Positions 8,910-16,118 of a DNA stretch of 64,000 bases are shown here, one piece after another. The notes under the pieces are model-generated. The model was not told the origin of the DNA. It ran no database searches and saw only the letters and a program-made list of their open reading frames with translations. The number at the start of each line of letters is the position of its first letter. The first letter of the stretch is position 1. A program made the translations under genes and the position numbers. The stretch covers positions 800,001 through 864,000 of the forward strand of contig CAVXGR010000018.1 of the NCBI GenBank assembly GCA_963761335.1, in the 5' to 3' direction. This DNA comes from an uncultured delta proteobacterium. Lineage in GTDB: Bacteria; Desulfobacterota; Binatia; HRBIN30; BPIQ01.

Positions 8910-10544
8910 ATGTTTCGGAAATTGACACTTACGAATGCGCTCGCGGCCCTGGCAGGCGTGGCCTGCATCTTGGCGCTGCCGGCGATGGTCGCGGCGCAGT
9001 GCCTTGGCGACTGCGACGCCAACAACAGCGTCACCGCTTCCGACCTGGCAAAGATCAATCAGCTGCTGCTCAAGTGCCCGTGCTCCGGTGGGTTGCTGGG
9101 GGGCGATCCGGCTGGCTGCGCCGGCGGCGGCACCATCACCTGCGCCGCCGCGGATAAGAACATGAACAACTGCATCACGGCCAGCGAGAAGGCGCAGATC
9201 AACGCGCAGGTGCTGAATAACGGCTCGACGTGCCCGGCGCCTCCCACCCCGACGCCGGTCATGAATTGCCCGCAGGACTTCACCGTGCAGCTGGCGGAGG
9301 CCAGCCAGGCGCGCATTCAGACTCTTGGCGTGGGTCTGTTCCCGACGACGGGGGGGTTGGCGCTGCAGGGAACCCTGAGGGTGGAGGTCTCGTGCCCGGA
9401 CGCCAACGGCATCGCCACCATCACCATGCCCGCGGCCGATGCCCACCTCCAGCCGGTCGATCTGGGCGCGCTGGGCACGGCCTGCGTCGAGCTGAGCGCC
9501 GACGCCGTTGGGACAGTCGATTGCGACGGTGGGTCGACACCGGGGCCGGACTTCACCTTCACCAAGGATCACGATACCAACCCGGCGCACACGATTGCCG
9601 GCTCGCCGCCCGGCCTGCCGAACGATGTGGAGTGCGACGACGTCTTCACGTTCGGCGGCCTGCCTCCCTCGTATGCCTGTCAGGAAGGGAAGAAGAGGTG
9701 TCTGGGGGGCACGAACTTCGGCATGCTCTGCACGACGGATGCCGGCTGTCCGGGCTCGACCTGCGTGGCGTGCTCGAGCGGAACCCGTTCGAACAGCACC
9801 TGCGACAGCCCCACGGTGATCACCGAGAGCGGCACGTTCCGGCCGGGAGACGTTGTTCTGACCACGGTGCAGAAGATCACGGTCGTGGCGCCGGCAGCGT
9901 ACGGGGCGGACGGGATACCGTGCACGGCGGACGACGGCGATCCGTCGCTGCCGCCGACCGAGTCCCCGGCGATCTTCAGCACGGGCCATGTGCAGGCAGA
10001 GGTGTGGGACGCGACCACGGCGGCAGGCGGGACGCTGAGCAAGAACAACCGCATCGGCACCGGGTCGTTGACTTCGTGCGAGACGAATGCGGACTGCCCG
10101 TCCATCTGTCTTGGAGGGAGCAACGCCGGTGGGCAGTGCTTCGTGGCCGGCGACTGTCCTGGAGGGAGCTGCCCGCGCACCCGGATCTGCATCGGAGGCA
10201 CCAACAATCTCCAACCGTGCCTCTACAACTCGGATTGCCCCGGCAGCGGCGCCTATTGCAACGACGTCGGCAATCTCCTGGAGACCTGCTACGAGGGCGA
10301 TCCACCGCTCGGCGGGGGGGCGCAGACGCTGTGCGGCACGGGACACGCGCAGCCGTGCTACTGCCGCGCCAAATGCAGTATGGCGGGCTGCGTCAACGGG
10401 ACCACTGGCAACCCGGGGAGCTGTGCGGCGGTGTTCAGCGCCTCTCCCAATCTGTCGGGCCTCAGCCTCGGTGGAGCCTTCCCGACACTCGACTTCACGC
10501 TCGGCGGCGACGCGGTCGTCTACTTCCAGTTCGTCGTGCAGTGA
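8910..10544 (+). CDS. Secreted protein with N-terminal dockerin-like domain and Cys-rich C-terminal module (copy 1)
   Basis: Signal peptide ending VAA-Q; duplicated Ca-loop/helix motifs GDCDANNSVTASDLAKINQLLL and ADKNMNNCITASEKAQINAQVL; PPTPTP linker; 425-aa module from CPQDFTVQL. Confidence 0.75.
   Translation: MFRKLTLTNALAALAGVACILALPAMVAAQCLGDCDANNSVTASDLAKINQLLLKCPCSGGLLGGDPAGCAGGGTITCAAADKNMNNCITASEKAQINAQVLNNGSTCPAPPTPTPVMNCPQDFTVQLAEASQARIQTLGVGLFPTTGGLALQGTLRVEVSCPDANGIATITMPAADAHLQPVDLGALGTACVELSADAVGTVDCDGGSTPGPDFTFTKDHDTNPAHTIAGSPPGLPNDVECDDVFTFGGLPPSYACQEGKKRCLGGTNFGMLCTTDAGCPGSTCVACSSGTRSNSTCDSPTVITESGTFRPGDVVLTTVQKITVVAPAAYGADGIPCTADDGDPSLPPTESPAIFSTGHVQAEVWDATTAAGGTLSKNNRIGTGSLTSCETNADCPSICLGGSNAGGQCFVAGDCPGGSCPRTRICIGGTNNLQPCLYNSDCPGSGAYCNDVGNLLETCYEGDPPLGGGAQTLCGTGHAQPCYCRAKCSMAGCVNGTTGNPGSCAAVFSASPNLSGLSLGGAFPTLDFTLGGDAVVYFQFVVQ
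9267..10544 (+). repeat. 1278-bp coding repeat, copy 1
   Basis: Colinear and equal in length to 14804-16081 and 17712-18989; about 30-35 aa differences from copies 2/3 by manual comparison. Confidence 0.95.
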
Positions 10545-10552
10545 CGGTGTCC

Positions 10553-10584
10553 GCGGGGGAGCCGGGTCGTCCCGGCTCCCCCGC
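10553..10584 (+). terminator. 14-bp perfect hairpin after the scaffoldin/dockerin genes
   Basis: gcgggggagccggg-tcgt-cccggctcccccgc followed by cattctt. Confidence 0.7.
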
Positions 10585-10650
10585 CATTCTTGGCGTCGCC
10601 GTTCTTGGCGTCGCCGGTTGCGCCCGACGCCATGTGAGGAAAACTATGGC

Positions 10651-10680
10651 TTGACACCTCGGCGGTCAGGGGACTAGAAG
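10651..10680 (+). promoter_or_regulatory. Putative sigma70 promoter
   Basis: TTGACA-18 nt-TAGAAG in the long intergenic region upstream of 10975. Confidence 0.35.
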
Positions 10681-10974
10681 GCGCTATAGGGCCATCAGGG
10701 GAATAGTCTCCAGAGGAGTACTCTGAACATTCTATGGAAGGTGCTCCGGCCTCTGGCCGGTTCCCTCGTGCATATGAGCGCGGGGCAGGGAGGAAAGCTC
10801 ATGAAGCGCGTCGTGTCGACAGGGGAGGGTTCCCGACACGCCAGATGTTCGCATCCCGCTCCCGCGCCGTCTCAATGGGCGCAGATTTTCCGTCGCTTTG
10901 CGGTAACGCATGCGATATAGTCAGTCCAGCGCGCTGAGGGTTGCCCGATTTCGGGCGCCGAAAAAAGGGGGAAG

Positions 10975-12885
10975 ATGATGTTCGCCGGCCGCAGTCGCTA
11001 CCGCAGGATTCTCATCGGAGCACTTTTCGTGGCGGGCCTCGGCGCTCTCGTGTTGGCGCCGTCCGTCGAAGCCCAGTTCGTTTACGTGAACAACAACCAG
11101 GCGCCCAGCAACTCGGTCAGCGGCCTGGCGGTCGACGGCAGCGGCGCCCTCTCTGCCGTCTCCGGCTCGCCGTTCGCGACCGGGGGAAGCGGTTCCTTCT
11201 CGTCCAATACCGGCGCCATCGACGTGGTGGTGACGGCGAACCGCCTCTACGCGACCAACTCGATCAGCAACTCCATCGCCGCCTTCGACATCAATGTCGA
11301 CGGGTCGCTCAGCACGATTCCCGGCTCGCCGTTCCCGACCCTCGGCAATCAGCCGAACGGCATCGCCGTCAACGACGGCGGCACGCGGCTCTTCGTCGCC
11401 CTCTTCAACAGCAACAGCGTCGCGGTCTTCAATATCGCCTCGAACGGCGCCCTGACCCATGTCTCGGGCTCCCCGTTCAGTCTCGGAACCGCGAACCCTC
11501 TGGACCTGGCAATCGACTCGGCCAACTCGCTTCTCTTTGCCAGCCACAACGCCGCGGGCGTGGGTGTGTACACCATCGGCGTCGGCGGTTCCCTCACCCC
11601 GATAGGTGGATCTCCCTTCGCCGGGGGCGGCGGTGATGAGCGCGGCCTTGGAGTCAACGGCGGCAAGACCCGGCTGTATCTGGCCGATCACGACGTGAAC
11701 ACCGTGAGCGGCTTCGACATCGGCGGCGGCGGCACGTTGACGGCGGTACCGGGCTCACCCTTCGTCGCCGGTACGGGTCCGACGGACGCGCTCTTCCATC
11801 CGTCGCTCTCGGTCCTCTACGTCACCAACGAGAGCAGCTCCAACATCTCCGCGTACGACATCGCCCCGGTCGGCACCCTGAGTGCTCTCGGCGGGTCGCC
11901 CTTCGCCTCCGGAGGGACGGGTGCCGGTGGGATGATCATCGACGCCACCAATGAGCGCCTCTTCGTCATCAATCGAACCTCTCACAGCGTGAGCTCGTTC
12001 GACATCGACGGCAGCGGCGGCCTGACCGCCGTCGCCGGCTCGCCGTTCGCCACCGGCGCCGCTTCGGGGACGCCCTTGTCGATCGCCTTGGCCGTCATCG
12101 ATACGGACGGCGATGGGGTTCCCAACGGCACGGACAACTGCCCGCTCATCTCCAATCCCGCGCAGACGGATACCGACGGCGACGGGATCGGTGACCTCTG
12201 CGACTCCGAGTGTACTGCCACAGCCCCTGGAGTATGTGTCCCGGGGCGGGGAAAACCCGCCACCGAGTGCTATCATGAGTTCATGGTGATCACCGACCCG
12301 CCACCCGCGGAGAATCCCAAGACCAACCTCCCCAACTTCCGCATCAACTGCCAGAACGGCAATTCCAGCTGCGACTTCGACAACGACGCGACTGATGACC
12401 ACTGCACCTTCAACGTGCGGGTATGCTTCAACAACAGCGATCCGCGGTTCCCGCTGTGCTCGCCGCGGGACGTGGCCACCTTTGACCTGAGGAAGCCGCG
12501 GCCGGGCGCGGCGCACAACGACGTATTCGACACCGCCAACATCAGCGAGTTCGAGCGCGTGGTCAACGGCGGCACCTGCGACAACGACGCGACGCGCAGC
12601 TGCCTCACGGCAGCCGACTGCACGGGCGGTGGGCTGTGCACGGATCCGCCCATCATTGGCACGGAGTTCGTCCATGGCCGCAACACGCTCCTTGCCGGCA
12701 GCCCGAATGGCACCTTGGACAACTGCTCCGACATCATGGAGCTGCAGGTGCCGCTGCGGCTGACGGGTGTGGGATACAAGAAGAAGACCAAGATCTTTCG
12801 GGTGAAAACGCGAACCTCGCCGCCGCCGAACAAGGGCGAGGTGGACACGGACGTGCTGAAGCTCACATGCGTTCCTGCGCCGTGA
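10975..12885 (+). CDS. Secreted lactonase/Pgl-like beta-propeller + thrombospondin type-3-like Ca repeat + Cys/basic 'DTD-x-L-x-L-x-C' domain
   Basis: Signal ending VEA-Q; seven GSPF-containing blades; [36 protein letters not shown]-terminal domain shared with 12953 and 16119. Confidence 0.8.
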   Translation: MMFAGRSRYRRILIGALFVAGLGALVLAPSVEAQFVYVNNNQAPSNSVSGLAVDGSGALSAVSGSPFATGGSGSFSSNTGAIDVVVTANRLYATNSISNSIAAFDINVDGSLSTIPGSPFPTLGNQPNGIAVNDGGTRLFVALFNSNSVAVFNIASNGALTHVSGSPFSLGTANPLDLAIDSANSLLFASHNAAGVGVYTIGVGGSLTPIGGSPFAGGGGDERGLGVNGGKTRLYLADHDVNTVSGFDIGGGGTLTAVPGSPFVAGTGPTDALFHPSLSVLYVTNESSSNISAYDIAPVGTLSALGGSPFASGGTGAGGMIIDATNERLFVINRTSHSVSSFDIDGSGGLTAVAGSPFATGAASGTPLSIALAVIDTDGDGVPNGTDNCPLISNPAQTDTDGDGIGDLCDSECTATAPGVCVPGRGKPATECYHEFMVITDPPPAENPKTNLPNFRINCQNGNSSCDFDNDATDDHCTFNVRVCFNNSDPRFPLCSPRDVATFDLRKPRPGAAHNDVFDTANISEFERVVNGGTCDNDATRSCLTAADCTGGGLCTDPPIIGTEFVHGRNTLLAGSPNGTLDNCSDIMELQVPLRLTGVGYKKKTKIFRVKTRTSPPPNKGEVDTDVLKLTCVPAP

Positions 12886-12952
12886 GGCGCAGGCAGCGCG
12901 CCTGAGCCCGAGCACGAGATTCGTTTTCGCAAAGAATGAAGGGGAGCCACTC

Positions 12953-15900
12953 ATGAAGCGAATCATCGTTTCGACGGGAATCGCCGCGCTGTTGCTCGGC
13001 GCGCTGACAACACCAGCTCGAGCCATTCTGTTCGGCAGCATTCCCAACGCAAGTGGCTCCGATCTGGTGACCATCGATCAGGTCAACGGAACCGCCACGC
13101 TGGTGGGCGCCATCGGCTTCAAGGCGGTGAAGGGGCTTGCCGTGCGGCCATCGGACGGCACCATGTTTGCTTCCACCGGCTATGTCGCCGGCGGCACCAA
13201 CATCGGAAAGATCCTCACCGTCAACACCATGGGCGGCGTCGGAGCGGCGCTGCCGTCGCAGGATCAGGACGGCATCACGGCCTTGGCCTTCTCTCCGGGC
13301 GGTACCCTGTATGCCACCTGCCGTTGGTTCAACACCGACCACCAGCCGGACGTGCTGTGCACGATCAACCAGCTCGACGGGTCGGCGACCCCCGTGGATC
13401 AGTTTCAGGCGCTCGACCCCAATTTCCTGGTCGAGGGATTCGACGGCCTGGCGTTTGACTCGGGCGGAACCCTGTATGCGTCGACCAACAACTTCACCGC
13501 CGGTGAGCCGCAGCTGTACACGGTCAACCCCGCCACGGGCGTGGCCACCGTGGTTGGTCCGATTCGCACGGGTGGCGGGGTGCAACTGAGCGCCGGAGTC
13601 GTCGACATCCGCTTCATCGGCAGCACTCTCTTCGGTGCGACCTCGGATGGGCGCATCATCACCATCGACAAGGCGAGCGGCATCTACACCGTCGTCGGCC
13701 TTACCGGTCTCGGAAATGCCGAGGGCCTCGCCGAGCTCATCGTGAACACCCCGACGCCTACCATCCCGACGCCTCCGACGGGCACTGCCCCGCCGACGGC
13801 GACGCCGACCCCCAAGCCGTGTGCCGGAAAGCTTGCGCCCGTAAATCCATGCGCTCCCGGCCGCGGTTCGAAGAAGACAGATTGCTTCATGGAATGGCTG
13901 GTGACCCCCGTCCCCGGACTCGACCGCAAGGGGCTGCCCGTCAAGAAGGTGATCTGCTACGAGGGCGATCCAGCCTGTGACATCGACACTGACCTCGGCA
14001 ACAAAGAGTGCACCTTCCAGGCGCAGATCTGCCTGAATAACAACGATCCTCGCTTCCCAGAGTGCCAGCCACTGGACATTACCTCGTTCGAGGTGAAGAA
14101 GCCGAATCCCGATAAGCCGAAGGACGCCACCGACACCGCCAATGCGGCGACTCTCGAGGATCAGGCCGCCAACGGCTTCGGGATCACCGTGGTTCGCAAG
14201 AAGCTGGTAATCTCTCTCGAGTCCTCCGACTCGACTCCCGACGACTGCAGTCCAGCGCTCCCCTTGCGCGTGCCGCTGAAGGTCACCAACTCGGGCAAGA
14301 TCCGCAAGTTTCACAAGACATTCCGCATTCGCGGAACCACGTCTCTGCCGACGCGGCCCAATGTCGACACCGATGTGCTGCATCTGGAATGCCGGCCGAG
14401 CACCTGCGGCAACGGCATCATCGAGACCGATCACGAGGAGTGCGACGACGGCAATCGCCTGCCGGGCGACGGCTGCGACCAGGGTTGCCACATCGAGCCG
14501 ACGCCAGCGCCGACCAATACGCCGGTATCGACGAGCACCAGCGCGCCTACCGGCACCCCTCTACCGGAGACTCCGACAAGCACTCCGGTGATCACGGCTA
14601 CCAACACCGCGGTGCCGGCCACGGCGACGTTCACTGGTACATCGACGCCGATTGGGCCGACGTCTACCGCGACCGAGACGCCGATCCCGGCAGACACGGC
14701 AACGGTCACCGAGACGCCGATCCCGACGCAGACGGGGACGATCACGGAGACGCCGACGATCACGGAGACGGCGACGATCACGCCGACGGGGGCGCCGATC
14801 ACCTGTCCGCAGGACTTCACCGTGCAGCTGGCGTCGGCCAGCGAGGCGCGCATTCAGACGCTGGGTGTGGGTCTGTTCCCGACGACGGGGGGGTTGGCGC
14901 TGCAGGGGAGCCTGAGGGTGGAGGTTTCCTGCCCGGACGTGAACGGCATCGCCACCATCACCATGCCCGCGGCCGATGCCGACCTCCAGCCGGTCGATCT
15001 CGGCGCGCTGGGCACGGCCTGCGTCGAGCTGAGCGCCGACGCCGTTGGGACAGTCGATTGCGACGGTGGGACGACACCGGGGCCGGACTTCATCTTCACC
15101 AAGGATCACGATACCAACCCGGCGCACACGATTGCCGGCTCGCCGCCCGGCCTGCCGAACGATGCGGGGTGCGACGACGTCTTCACGTTCGGCGGCCTGC
15201 CTCCCTCGTATGCCTGCCTGGAAGGGACGAAGAGATGCCTGGGGGGCACGAACCTCGGCATGGTGTGCACGACGGATGCCGGCTGTCCGGGCTCGACCTG
15301 CGTGGCGTGCTCGAGCGGAACCCGTTCGAACAGCACCTGCGACAGCCCCACGGTGATCACCGAGAGCGGCACGTTCCGGCCGGGAGAGATCGTTCTGACC
15401 ACGGTGCAGAAGATCACGGTCCTGCCGCCGTCGGCGTACGGAGCCGACGGGATACCCTGCACGGCAGACGACGGCGCTCCGTCGCTGCCGCCGACCGAGT
15501 CCCCGGCGATCTTCAGCACGGGCCTCGTGCAGGCGAAGGTGTGGGACGCGACCACGGCGCAAAACGGGACGCTGAGCAAGAACAACCGCATCGACACCGG
15601 GTCGTTGACCTCGTGCGCGACGAATGCGGACTGCCCGTCTATCTGTATTGGGGGGAGCAACGCCGGTGGGCAGTGCTTCGTGGCCGGCGACTGTCCTGGG
15701 GGGAGCTGCCCGCGCACCCGGATCTGCATCGGGGGCACCAACAATCTCCATCCGTGCTTATACAACTCGGATTGCCCCGGCAGCGGCGCCTATTGCAACG
15801 ACGTCGGCAATCTCCTGGAGACCTGCTACGAGGGCGATCCACCGCTCGGCGGGGGGGCGCAGACGCTGTGCGGCCCGGGACACGTGGAGCCGTGCTACTG

Positions 15901-16081
15901 CCGCGCCAAATGCGGCTCGGCGGGCTGCGTCAACGGGACCACGGGCAACCCGGGGAGCTGCGCGGCGGTGTTCAGCGCCTCTCCCAGTCTGTCGGGGGTG
16001 GTCCTCGGCGGCGCCTTCCCGACGCTGGACTTCCAGCTCGGCGGCGACGCCGTCGTCTACTTCAACTTCGCCGTGCAGTGA
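12953..16081 (+). CDS. Secreted modular protein: beta-propeller, DTD-domain, Myxococcus Cys-rich repeat, Pro/Thr linker, Cys-rich module (copy 2)
   Basis: Signal ending ARA; repeated GLAF..GGTLYA / L.T.N..TG.AT.VG blades; CGNGIIETDHEECDDGNRLPGDGCDQGC; C-terminal module. Confidence 0.8.
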   Translation: MKRIIVSTGIAALLLGALTTPARAILFGSIPNASGSDLVTIDQVNGTATLVGAIGFKAVKGLAVRPSDGTMFASTGYVAGGTNIGKILTVNTMGGVGAALPSQDQDGITALAFSPGGTLYATCRWFNTDHQPDVLCTINQLDGSATPVDQFQALDPNFLVEGFDGLAFDSGGTLYASTNNFTAGEPQLYTVNPATGVATVVGPIRTGGGVQLSAGVVDIRFIGSTLFGATSDGRIITIDKASGIYTVVGLTGLGNAEGLAELIVNTPTPTIPTPPTGTAPPTATPTPKPCAGKLAPVNPCAPGRGSKKTDCFMEWLVTPVPGLDRKGLPVKKVICYEGDPACDIDTDLGNKECTFQAQICLNNNDPRFPECQPLDITSFEVKKPNPDKPKDATDTANAATLEDQAANGFGITVVRKKLVISLESSDSTPDDCSPALPLRVPLKVTNSGKIRKFHKTFRIRGTTSLPTRPNVDTDVLHLECRPSTCGNGIIETDHEECDDGNRLPGDGCDQGCHIEPTPAPTNTPVSTSTSAPTGTPLPETPTSTPVITATNTAVPATATFTGTSTPIGPTSTATETPIPADTATVTETPIPTQTGTITETPTITETATITPTGAPITCPQDFTVQLASASEARIQTLGVGLFPTTGGLALQGSLRVEVSCPDVNGIATITMPAADADLQPVDLGALGTACVELSADAVGTVDCDGGTTPGPDFIFTKDHDTNPAHTIAGSPPGLPNDAGCDDVFTFGGLPPSYACLEGTKRCLGGTNLGMVCTTDAGCPGSTCVACSSGTRSNSTCDSPTVITESGTFRPGEIVLTTVQKITVLPPSAYGADGIPCTADDGAPSLPPTESPAIFSTGLVQAKVWDATTAQNGTLSKNNRIDTGSLTSCATNADCPSICIGGSNAGGQCFVAGDCPGGSCPRTRICIGGTNNLHPCLYNSDCPGSGAYCNDVGNLLETCYEGDPPLGGGAQTLCGPGHVEPCYCRAKCGSAGCVNGTTGNPGSCAAVFSASPSLSGVVLGGAFPTLDFQLGGDAVVYFNFAVQ

Positions 16082-16084
16082 TGC
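14707..16084 (+). repeat. Coding repeat copy 2 (1278-bp module 14804-16081 plus ~100 bp of linker)
   Basis: Nearly identical to the sequence 2908 bp downstream, including TGATGC at the stop. Confidence 0.95.
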
Positions 16085-16118
16085 GTACTTGCGCCGAGCT
16101 GGGATCGAGGCCAAGTCG

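Noticed and set aside
15624..16118. N-terminal extension of the 1121-aa ORF
   Set aside because: It overlaps gene 12953 in another frame; a signal peptide begins at ATG 16119.
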